Part shown: piece after piece, positions 46,928-55,318 of the stretch | Position numbering within the stretch: position 1 is the stretch's first letter | How the letters are laid out: every line of letters begins with the position of its first letter | From: an uncultured Bacilli bacterium | GTDB lineage: Bacteria; Bacillota_I; Bacilli_A; RF39; UBA660 | Assembly (NCBI GenBank): GCA_947627675.1 | Contig: CANQWY010000003.1 | Location: 1-61,393, forward strand | Direction: 5' to 3' | Length of the DNA stretch: 61,393 nucleotides | Notes under the pieces: generated by a model | Told to the model about the DNA's origin: nothing | What the model saw: the letters and a program-made list of their open reading frames with translations, nothing else | The model's database searches: none | Position numbers and translations under genes: made by a program

Positions 46928-48706
46928 ATGGCTATATTTTTAGGAAGTAAAAACTTTAATGGATATAATGGTTCACACTTTTCATTGCATGTTTACGTAG
47001 ATAGTTATTCTCAAGATATAGCAAATAATTCAACAACAACAATATTTCATTTATATTTAGTATCAAGTGACGGATATTCAGGTAGTGGAGTTGCAACACC
47101 AGGATATATAAATAATAATCAAGTAGGTAGCATTTCATCTATTGGACGAAATGCTACTGTTAGTGTTGGCACTTTTACACAAACTGTAAGTCATGCTGTT
47201 GATGGTACTTTAAATTGGTATTGGGCAGTTTCAATGTCATTTGTTTGGGCTGGCATTGGTAGTTGTTCTTTAGATGGGTGGTGGACTGTACCAACAATTC
47301 CAAGATCAAGTTCTGTATCGTGTACAGATGGGAATATAGAAAGTGCAGTATCAATAAATATTAATCGTGCAAGTGCAAGTTTTTTGCATAATTTGAGATA
47401 TGTCTTTGGCAATTTATCGGGGACAATAGCAACAAATATTGCTACAAATTATGGTTGGACGTTGCCAGCCACTTTTTATTCACAAATACCAAATTCTAAA
47501 TCAGGGACTTGTGTTATTTATTGTGATACTTATAATAATGGAAATTTAATAGGAACAAGCTCAGCAGTTTTTAATGTAGGAACCGACGAGAATAAATGTT
47601 TGCCCACATTTAATACAACTATTATTGATAGTAATTCTATGTCAACGAATTTAACTGGAGATCCAAATAAATTGATAAAATATATTTCTAATGCACATAT
47701 AACAACTTCTGCAACAGCCAAAAATAATGCTAGTATAAAAAGTATTAATATTACTTGTGGAGATGGAAAAACAGCAATAGGAAGTGATATAACATTAAAA
47801 AAAGTAGAAAGTGGAGATTTTACAGTAACAGTAATTGACAGTCGGGGATATATAAAAGCTCAGACATTAAATAAAAAAATAATTAATTATATAGTTTTAA
47901 CACTTAATGCAACTTTTGTACGTGTTGAACCTACAACAGGTGAGGTCCTTTTAAAATATGATGGCAACTATTTTGATGGAAATTTTGGTAAAACTAATAA
48001 TAATTTAACTATAAAATATAGATATAGAGAAAATACAAATTATAAATGGAGTGATTATATAACATTATCACCTGTTATAAAAGAAAATACTTATAGTCAA
48101 GAAATTAGTTTAGGAAAAGATTTTGATTATCAAAAGGCATATAATTTTGAAATACAAGCTATAGATAAAATAGTAACAGTTGTTGATGATGCTGAAAAAA
48201 TAACAGAAGGTATTCCGATGCTAGCTCTATTTAAAGAAATGATAGAAATGTTTGGAATAGAAGCTTTTAAAATATTAAATAATAAATTAGTTATAAATGG
48301 TGAAATACAGATAGAAAACGTAAATATAGCTTTGAAAGACGTTATTAATAATGTTTGTTTTATAGAAGAAACAGAAGATGGTAAATGGATGTATAAAAAA
48401 TATGAAAATGGACTAATAGAAATTTATCACAGAGTAACAGATATATCATTAAATACAACAATATTCTATCAAGATCCTACAGGGCCTGGTATATTTTATC
48501 AACAAAGTGGTAATATTAATTATCCGATTGAATTAACAGAATTAATATCTATTAATAGTACTGTTCTTTGTGAATCACATTTACCATATATAACAATAAA
48601 AGAAGCTACTAATACTTATTATCAAATATTTATAAGTAATATAAAAAGAGTAGATGGAGATTTTAATTTTAGTTATTTTACCAGAATTGTTGGTAGATGG
48701 AAATAG
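46928..48706 (+). CDS. Receptor-binding / tail fibre protein (DUF859, Gp37-like)
   Basis: N-terminal ...SHFSLHVYVDSYSQDIANNSTTI...WWTVPTIPRSS pattern of DUF859 siphovirus proteins. Confidence 0.6.
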   Translation: MAIFLGSKNFNGYNGSHFSLHVYVDSYSQDIANNSTTTIFHLYLVSSDGYSGSGVATPGYINNNQVGSISSIGRNATVSVGTFTQTVSHAVDGTLNWYWAVSMSFVWAGIGSCSLDGWWTVPTIPRSSSVSCTDGNIESAVSININRASASFLHNLRYVFGNLSGTIATNIATNYGWTLPATFYSQIPNSKSGTCVIYCDTYNNGNLIGTSSAVFNVGTDENKCLPTFNTTIIDSNSMSTNLTGDPNKLIKYISNAHITTSATAKNNASIKSINITCGDGKTAIGSDITLKKVESGDFTVTVIDSRGYIKAQTLNKKIINYIVLTLNATFVRVEPTTGEVLLKYDGNYFDGNFGKTNNNLTIKYRYRENTNYKWSDYITLSPVIKENTYSQEISLGKDFDYQKAYNFEIQAIDKIVTVVDDAEKITEGIPMLALFKEMIEMFGIEAFKILNNKLVINGEIQIENVNIALKDVINNVCFIEETEDGKWMYKKYENGLIEIYHRVTDISLNTTIFYQDPTGPGIFYQQSGNINYPIELTELISINSTVLCESHLPYITIKEATNTYYQIFISNIKRVDGDFNFSYFTRIVGRWK

Positions 48707-48718
48707 GAGGATAAAGAA

Positions 48719-48934
48719 ATGGAAGAATTTATAAAAATGCTTAGTAATTATGGAGTAACGGTTGTTATTGTTGGCCTTTTTCTTTGGGATTGGTTTAGCA
48801 ATAAAAAAGATATGAAAGACACATTATCAGTAATAAAAGATACATCAATAAATATTTCAAAAAGCTTAGATTTACTACAAAAAAGTACTGACAGGCAAGA
48901 AGAAAAATTAAATAAAATATTAGAAAAGAGGTAG
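48719..48934 (+). CDS. BhlA/UviB-type holin-like protein
   Basis: N-terminal TM (GVTVVIVGLFLWDWF) plus a charged coiled C-terminus. Lies upstream of the holin and lysin. Confidence 0.45.
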   Translation: MEEFIKMLSNYGVTVVIVGLFLWDWFSNKKDMKDTLSVIKDTSINISKSLDLLQKSTDRQEEKLNKILEKR

Positions 48935-48940
48935 AAAGAA

Positions 48941-49150
48941 ATGAAAAATAAAACTTATGATTTTTTAAAAAGAATTGCAATGTATGTTTTACCAGCTTTA
49001 GCAACTTTAGTAATGACAATTTTTAAAATATGGAATTTACCATATGGTGAAGAAATTGGAGCAACTATTACAGCTATTGATACAGCGTTAGGTATAATAC
49101 TAGGAATTTCAACAGCAAAATACAATCGATATAATATGGAGAGTGAATAA
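48941..49150 (+). CDS. Holin (Dp-1 family-like)
   Basis: MKNKTYDFLKRIAMYVLPALATLVMTIFKIWNLPYGEEIGATITAIDTALGIILGIS. Confidence 0.6.
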   Translation: MKNKTYDFLKRIAMYVLPALATLVMTIFKIWNLPYGEEIGATITAIDTALGIILGISTAKYNRYNMESE

Positions 49151-49151
49151 T

Positions 49152-50087
49152 ATGTTAAAAGGGAAAAAATCAATTAGAAATGGTATAGAGGACTTTTTAT
49201 GTCCGTTTACAGATATGTATATATCTCAAGGAAGTAATGGAGCATATTCACATAGAGGAATAATGGCAAATGATGTAAGAGGAATACAGGCAGGAATTAA
49301 ATATCCTTATTATGCACCTTGTACTTGTAAATGTCTTAAAACTTATCCTGAAAGCGGGCAAGTAATGTGGCAATCTATTAATAAAGTAAGATTTGCTAAT
49401 GGTCGAGTTGATTATGCAACGTTTATGACTTGTCACGATGATACTATGAATGCAAAAATAGGACAAGTAGTAGAACAAGGACAACAATTAGGTAATATGG
49501 GGACTAAAGGAAATGCGACAGGAGTACATTGCCATATAGAAGTTAGTCAAAGTTCTGATACTTCATGGATTAAAAATCAATATGGTATTTATCATTTTAA
49601 TAATGAATATGATTTAGATGATTGCTATTTTGTAGATAACACTAATATTATTAAAGGTAATGGTAGTAATTGGAGAACAACAAATGATGTAAAAGTAGAC
49701 GAAATTATCCCTCAACAAACAGCAGATCAATTATTATATCCTGGAAGTAAAGTTAAATTTGATGGTATATTTAAAGCAGATATATTAAAACGTAACTCTA
49801 ATTTATTTGGATGTATTCAACTTACAGGAGTTAGTTATAATGACTACTATAATGAGAAAGCTAAAGGTTATCACTGGATACCACTTAATGACTTTACAGA
49901 AGTGGATAGATATGGAAATTCTCAAGGTCAAGATGATATTATAACAGGAGGAAGTTCATACGTAATTAACAAAAATATATATGAAGTAAAAGAAATAGAT
50001 ACTAAAACTAATTCAGCTAAATTAAATATAAACGGAAGAGATGTTTGGGTATTTTCAATATACTTGTATGAGGTAAGTAATAATTAA
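49152..50087 (+). CDS. Endolysin: M23-like metallopeptidase with a C-terminal SH3b-like wall-binding domain
   Basis: GQQLGNMGTKGNATGVHCHIEV resembles the M23 HxH motif. Last gene before attR. ATG 49152 lies 8 nt after GGAGAG. Confidence 0.6.
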   Translation: MLKGKKSIRNGIEDFLCPFTDMYISQGSNGAYSHRGIMANDVRGIQAGIKYPYYAPCTCKCLKTYPESGQVMWQSINKVRFANGRVDYATFMTCHDDTMNAKIGQVVEQGQQLGNMGTKGNATGVHCHIEVSQSSDTSWIKNQYGIYHFNNEYDLDDCYFVDNTNIIKGNGSNWRTTNDVKVDEIIPQQTADQLLYPGSKVKFDGIFKADILKRNSNLFGCIQLTGVSYNDYYNEKAKGYHWIPLNDFTEVDRYGNSQGQDDIITGGSSYVINKNIYEVKEIDTKTNSAKLNINGRDVWVFSIYLYEVSNN

Positions 50088-50091
50088 TATA

Positions 50092-50128
50092 AGAGGTTAG
50101 TCATATTACATGATTAGCCTCTTTTTTG
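50092..50128 (+). terminator. Rho-independent terminator closing the late operon
   Basis: AGAGGTTAGTCAT / ATGATTAGCCTCT 13-bp stem (G-U pairs), 5-nt loop, T6. Confidence 0.8.
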
Positions 50129-50250
50129 TTTATATGTAGGATTCTAACTAAATAAGTAACAGAATATTATTAAAATAAAATTATATAGTAATTACCTCGC
50201 ATTGCTAGTATTTTTTTATGCTTTTTTATGTGCATAACCGTTAATTACCA

Positions 50251-50255
50251 CATGG
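50251..50255. other. attR core (CATGG)
   Basis: ...GTGCATAACCGTTAATTACCACATGG|GGATTTGGATCAT. Confidence 0.7.
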
Positions 50256-50787
50256 GGATTTGGATCATTTAGGGGAGGCTGTTAATTTAATTAATAATTA
50301 TAAAGTAAAAAAAGTCTTTATCAATGAGGGAAAGATAAATAATTTAGAAAAGGAAATTATTAATACAGCAGATGATGTAGAAGTATGTTATCAAAATACT
50401 TATTTTGAAGTAGGAGAGTTTAAATTTTATTCATTAAATAAAGATTTAAAAGATGAAAATAGTAGTAGTATAGTTCTTTATATTTTATATAAGAATTTGC
50501 AAATGCTGTTTATGGGAGATGCCAATTTTAAAAGTGAAAATTACTTAATTAATAATTATAATTTAAATAAAATAGATATATTAAAAGTGGGACATCACGG
50601 AAGTAAAAGTAGCTCTAGCATAGATTTTTTAAAAAGAATAAGACCATCTATTGCCCTTATTTCAGCAGGTAAAGATAATAAGTTTAATCATCCTAATAAA
50701 GAAGTTATAGAAAGACTTAATATGTACAATGTTAAATATTATTCTACTAAGGATATTGGAACTGTTGAATTTATATTATCAAGATAG
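50256..50787 (+). CDS. comEC: ComEC 3' portion (remainder of the metallo-beta-lactamase nuclease domain)
   Basis: (G)DLDHLGEAVNLI...ILKVGHHGSKSSS...LISAGKDNKFNHP. In frame with 10695-12229 once the prophage is removed. Confidence 0.85.
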
Positions 50788-50870
50788 AAAAAATAGCAAA
50801 AAATAATAAAAATGTTTACAACTAACTATAAATTAGGTAAAATTAAGTTAGTTTAGGTGGTGATGTTTAT

Positions 50871-51764
50871 ATGAAAAGTTTAAATAATTTTATAAATATT
50901 AGCACCAATAACCTTAGAAAAAACTATATTGATTTTTATAGCGATACTGATTTTAAAAATTATGTTAATACTCTTGGTATAGATGAAGAAATACTAATTA
51001 AATATTCATCTTCACTAAATGATTGTGTCTTAGAAAGAAAAGCATGCAAAAAATGTACTAATTTTAAAGAGTGCACACATTCTGTTAAAGGATACGTTTT
51101 GACTCCAGAATTAGTTGATAAACGTATTATGTTTACATATATTGCTTGTAGTAAATATAAATCATATTTAGAACAAGGTGAGAATGTTACTTATTTTGAT
51201 GTATCTAATGAAATAAAAAACGCTTCTTTTAAAAAATTATATAATGATGATAAAGCTAGAATTCCCATTATAAAGTATTTTAAAGAATTTATTGATTCAT
51301 ATAAAAAAAATCAGAAATGTAAAGGTCTATATTTAACAGGAAGTTTTGGTTCTGGTAAAACTTATTTAATATCAGCTTTATTTAATGAGCTTTCTAAAAA
51401 AGGATTAAAAAGTACGATTATATATTACCCAGATTTTCTTAGAAACTTGAAGTCTTCTTTTAAAGATGATTATGAAGAGAAATTTGATTATATAAGGAAA
51501 AGTCCTCTTTTATTAATTGATGATATAGGTGCTGAAAATTGTAGCAGTTGGAATAGAGATGAGATATTATCGCCTATCTTACAATATAGAATGGAAGAAG
51601 AACTACCAACTTTTTTTACTTCAAACTTTACCATAGAAGAATTAGAACAACATTTAGCAAATACTTCAAATGGAGTAGAAAAAGTAAAAGCTAGAAGAAT
51701 AACTGAACGTATAAAACAACTTACTATAAATTTATCATTAATAACAAAAAATAGGAGAAGTTAA
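50871..51764 (+). CDS. dnaI: Helicase loader DnaI
   Basis: N-terminal Cys cluster (CKKCTNFKEC), Walker A GSFGSGKTY, Walker B LLLIDDIGAE. Confidence 0.8.
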   Translation: MKSLNNFINISTNNLRKNYIDFYSDTDFKNYVNTLGIDEEILIKYSSSLNDCVLERKACKKCTNFKECTHSVKGYVLTPELVDKRIMFTYIACSKYKSYLEQGENVTYFDVSNEIKNASFKKLYNDDKARIPIIKYFKEFIDSYKKNQKCKGLYLTGSFGSGKTYLISALFNELSKKGLKSTIIYYPDFLRNLKSSFKDDYEEKFDYIRKSPLLLIDDIGAENCSSWNRDEILSPILQYRMEEELPTFFTSNFTIEELEQHLANTSNGVEKVKARRITERIKQLTINLSLITKNRRS

Positions 51765-51778
51765 TAGGGGGATTGATT

Positions 51779-54472
51779 ATGAACGATATAGAATTATTTT
51801 TTGAAAATGTTAAAGACTGTAATTTAAATAATTTTAAAGCCAATTTAGATATTGCTATTTCTGGTATAGAAAATCGAAGTAATTACATAAAAAAATTATT
51901 AGAATTATTTAGAGATGAACAACGAAAAAATAGAAAATATTTAGCTTATTTAAATAAGATAGACACAGATACTAATTATGCTAATGACTTAAGACTTAAA
52001 ATCAGAACTGATAATGATATCATAAATTATTTAAAATACAAGCTATTAAATTGTAATAAAACTAAGAAAGATATAACTAATATAGATAGAACATTTTTTT
52101 CTGATGATGTTGTCTTGTTGGCAAATATTATAATAAAACAAAACGATATTTTAACTTATTTAGAAAATAAATTTATATCAATTGATAAAATAGAAAAGGT
52201 AATTAAATATTTAAAAATTAAATTAAAGAAAACATCTAAAAATAAAGAAAAAATAAATCAAATAAGTATATATAAAAGAAAATTGATTAATGAAATGAAA
52301 AAACATAAATGTAGTTGTATAAATGATGATAAACTTTCATTATTACTTCAACAATTTGAAATTGTTGAAGACAAAACTAAAGTTTTGTCTAATATAATAA
52401 ATCTTTATAAAGAAACTATTGAACGAGAAATAGAACAATATAAAATGTTATATGATGAAGAAAATATAACACAATTTAGAGAAAAATCAAATATCGATAC
52501 TAGTGCCTTAAAAGAATTTTATTTTAATATAAATAATTTAAAAGAAGAGTATGATTATTATGTGAATTTACTAAAAAAAATAAAATGTTCAGATAAAATG
52601 AATAATAAATTTACTAGTGAGATTGAGCTTTCTAGTATTCAAAAATTAATTAATAATAAGTTATTGAATAATGAACACATAGATATGGATTCTTATAATA
52701 TTAAAGATATTTTATATGCCTATGGATATTATATAAAATATGATGGTATAATTGATAACTTAATGTATGATTATGCAAATGAACTAATAGCTGAATTAGG
52801 ATACCACAAAATAAATAATGAGGAAATTTTGGTAGGTATATCATATATTTGCGATTGCCTTAAATCTCGTCTTTTAACTATCTCTAAAGATGACAAACAG
52901 AAAAGAAAAATTTTGAATAATATTAAAAAAGAATTTAGTTTTTATATTAGAGATTTAAAAAAAGCTGATAGTTTAAAAGATGATAACTCTTTGTTTGAAG
53001 TGGTAGATTGTTTTTTAAAAAATGAAAATGTTTTTATGTATTTAAAAGAAATAGTTAATGAGATTCCTAAAATTGTTAATTCAAGACAAACTATTATTGA
53101 TAATGAAGGGAATAAAACAACTCAGCATATCGTTTTATATATAGTAGATAAGTTTATTGAAAATTATAAGATAATGCTTAGTGACAAAAATAATAATTAC
53201 ATCAATAAAGATTATTTAAAAGAAGTATATTTTCTATTTACATCTAGTATATATTTAAATTTAACTGATGATGAAAAAAATATAATTAATAAAAAGTTAT
53301 TATCATTTATGAATTATGCTAATAAAAATATTACTTCACCTTTGAGAAGAAATGCTATTAAAATGGACTTAAGAGAGATGTATACAGATAAAATTTATTA
53401 TAATAAATATCGTAGAAGAGAAAATATATTAAAAAACGCAAGTTACTATAAAACCGAATATATACTAAATACATTTAGTTTAAATTTGAAAAATTCTCTT
53501 TTAGATAAAGATAGAGTTGACTTGACTGATGATGATTGTATTACTTTAAATGATGATTTTTGCTGTTATAGTATAAGTAAGTATTATGATAAAACAGTTT
53601 TAAAAATAAGCGTAATAGATTTATATAAGTCATTATCTATATATCCAATATTTTGTGATTATATATTTAATAATACTATATTAGATGAGAATGTTGATGA
53701 TATTATTTTAAATAATATAACTATGATTGAAGATTTTATATATCCTACTATTACGTATGAAATAGTTTTTGATAAGTATGGTAATTATAAAAATATTAAT
53801 GGCGATTTTATTTCTTTTAATATATATAATAGTAAAGTTAAAATTAAGAAAAGTTATGTTGATAATGATCTATTATCTGATAAAGATGATCAATTAATAA
53901 AAAAATTCGTTAATCTATTTAGAGTTATTGGCACTAGAAATAATTATCAATTTAATAGTTTATTTAGTATTGCTGACATTAACAGTTATTTTGAAAAAAT
54001 ATTAAATGAAGGAGTTATTAAATTTGTTAAAGATAATAATATTCCTTTTATATATACTGGCATATCAGAATATACTAATGATGAACTTTCCTATCTAAGA
54101 AATGAGATGAAAACTTTAATGAGTAAAGTTAATGAAAATGATTTTAATACTATATATAATATTATTGATAAAAATAGAGATTTATTTCATTATTCAACTA
54201 TTCCATTTAATGGTGAATACCAATTATTTATTAAAAATCCAGTTAATTATCCTGGAATTTTAATCCAAAGCATTATATATGAATTTATTATTAATAATAG
54301 GGATAAGAATGATAAAGAATATGAAAAGAAAGTTAGTATGTACCGTGAAAAAATTAATGAAATTGTATTTTCTTTTAATTGGTATAATAATTATTTAGAC
54401 AAAAATGATTTGAAAAGTAATAAAGGACATTTACAAAATATTAAAAAAAAGAATGAATTATTTGGTTCATAA
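51779..54472 (+). CDS. Large Asn/Lys/Ile-rich orphan protein; the C-terminal third has a degenerate RNase II/R (RNB)-like pattern
   Basis: ATG 51779 follows GGGGGA. By-eye pattern RVDLTDDDCITLNDDF...LKISVIDLY...; ...EGVIKFVKDNNIPFIYTG...; HYSTIPFNGEYQLFIKNPVNYPGILIQS. Confidence 0.5.
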   Translation: MNDIELFFENVKDCNLNNFKANLDIAISGIENRSNYIKKLLELFRDEQRKNRKYLAYLNKIDTDTNYANDLRLKIRTDNDIINYLKYKLLNCNKTKKDITNIDRTFFSDDVVLLANIIIKQNDILTYLENKFISIDKIEKVIKYLKIKLKKTSKNKEKINQISIYKRKLINEMKKHKCSCINDDKLSLLLQQFEIVEDKTKVLSNIINLYKETIEREIEQYKMLYDEENITQFREKSNIDTSALKEFYFNINNLKEEYDYYVNLLKKIKCSDKMNNKFTSEIELSSIQKLINNKLLNNEHIDMDSYNIKDILYAYGYYIKYDGIIDNLMYDYANELIAELGYHKINNEEILVGISYICDCLKSRLLTISKDDKQKRKILNNIKKEFSFYIRDLKKADSLKDDNSLFEVVDCFLKNENVFMYLKEIVNEIPKIVNSRQTIIDNEGNKTTQHIVLYIVDKFIENYKIMLSDKNNNYINKDYLKEVYFLFTSSIYLNLTDDEKNIINKKLLSFMNYANKNITSPLRRNAIKMDLREMYTDKIYYNKYRRRENILKNASYYKTEYILNTFSLNLKNSLLDKDRVDLTDDDCITLNDDFCCYSISKYYDKTVLKISVIDLYKSLSIYPIFCDYIFNNTILDENVDDIILNNITMIEDFIYPTITYEIVFDKYGNYKNINGDFISFNIYNSKVKIKKSYVDNDLLSDKDDQLIKKFVNLFRVIGTRNNYQFNSLFSIADINSYFEKILNEGVIKFVKDNNIPFIYTGISEYTNDELSYLRNEMKTLMSKVNENDFNTIYNIIDKNRDLFHYSTIPFNGEYQLFIKNPVNYPGILIQSIIYEFIINNRDKNDKEYEKKVSMYREKINEIVFSFNWYNNYLDKNDLKSNKGHLQNIKKKNELFGS

Positions 54473-54475
54473 CGG

Positions 54476-54503
54476 TTGACTTATTTTATAAATATGGTAT
54501 TAT
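54476..54503 (+). promoter_or_regulatory. Promoter of the thrS operon (TTGACT-16-TGgTATTAT)
   Basis: TTGACT 54476-81; TATTAT 54498-503 with an upstream TG. Confidence 0.6.
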
Positions 54504-54509
54504 TTAGAT

Positions 54510-54727
54510 GTAAAGTTTAAATACAATTATTAAGGACATGATATATTAAAAATATTTATAAGAGAGCTTATGGTTGGTGAAAATGAGTTAAATGTTTAAT
54601 ATATTACTACCTTCTAGTAGAACTCGAAAGAGATTTCCGGTTAAAACCGTTAAGTTAATTAAGATAAAAATAGGATGGTACCGTGTGATTGCACTCCTTA
54701 TATAGAAATATATATAGGAGTTTTTTG
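54510..54727 (+). promoter_or_regulatory. T-box riboswitch leader, threonine specifier
   Basis: AGAGAG/GTGA K-turn region. Specifier-loop ACU followed by A at 54606-54609. T-box sequence AUAGGAUGGUACCGUGUG 54671-54687. Terminator CTCCTTATATA...TATATAGGAG plus T6 at 54694-54726. Confidence 0.8.
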
Positions 54728-54744
54728 TTTTTTGGGGGGATTAT

Positions 54745-55314
54745 ATGAAAAGATATCCAATTAGATATTCACAAATGAAATTAGGTTATTTGCTTGAACT
54801 ATTGCGTCAGCAAAATGCCAATGATAAGTTAATAAAAGAAATTAATAAAAAATTAGGAGAGTTAAGTATTAACACTCTTATTAGTAAATGGCTTAGAGAG
54901 AAAAATATTATAGTAAAGGAATTGTTAGAAAATGCAATAGCAGAAAAATTTTTGCTTATGTACTTTATAAAAAATATTGATAAATTTCCAATATTAGAAA
55001 AATATTTAGAAGATGTTAATTCTTTAGATGCTATTTGTATTTTATGTAATAGCCAGAATAAAGCTGTAAATAGTATAGCAAAAGAAAAGTATAGAATAAT
55101 TTTTGATTCCTATCTAGATGATTTGGATTTAGATCAAAATATTAAAATTCTATATCAAACTGAAGGTAATGATTTAGAGATAGAAACTTCTAGTAAAAAA
55201 GTTATTGATTTTTTTGAATATAAAACTTCTAAGATAAAAACACCTGAAGAGGGTTATAAGGATAATAAATTAAAAAGTAGAAATAAAATTAAGAAAAAAA
55301 TAAAAAGGAGATAA
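54745..55314 (+). CDS. Hypothetical 189-aa protein co-transcribed with thrS behind the T-box
   Basis: ATG after GGGGGGA. Its stop lies 4 nt before the thrS ATG. No motif recognised. Confidence 0.55.
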   Translation: MKRYPIRYSQMKLGYLLELLRQQNANDKLIKEINKKLGELSINTLISKWLREKNIIVKELLENAIAEKFLLMYFIKNIDKFPILEKYLEDVNSLDAICILCNSQNKAVNSIAKEKYRIIFDSYLDDLDLDQNIKILYQTEGNDLEIETSSKKVIDFFEYKTSKIKTPEEGYKDNKLKSRNKIKKKIKRR

Positions 55315-55318
55315 GAAA

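Larger units (their letters stand above)
12225..50255. mobile_element. ~38.0 kb temperate siphovirus prophage (HK97-type head, cos/HNH packaging) integrated in comEC
   Basis: Bounded by CATGG at 12225-12229 and 50251-50255. Carries a serine integrase, cI/cro switch, replication, HNH-terS-terL-portal-protease-capsid, tail and lysis modules. The flanks are the two halves of one gene. Confidence 0.95.
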
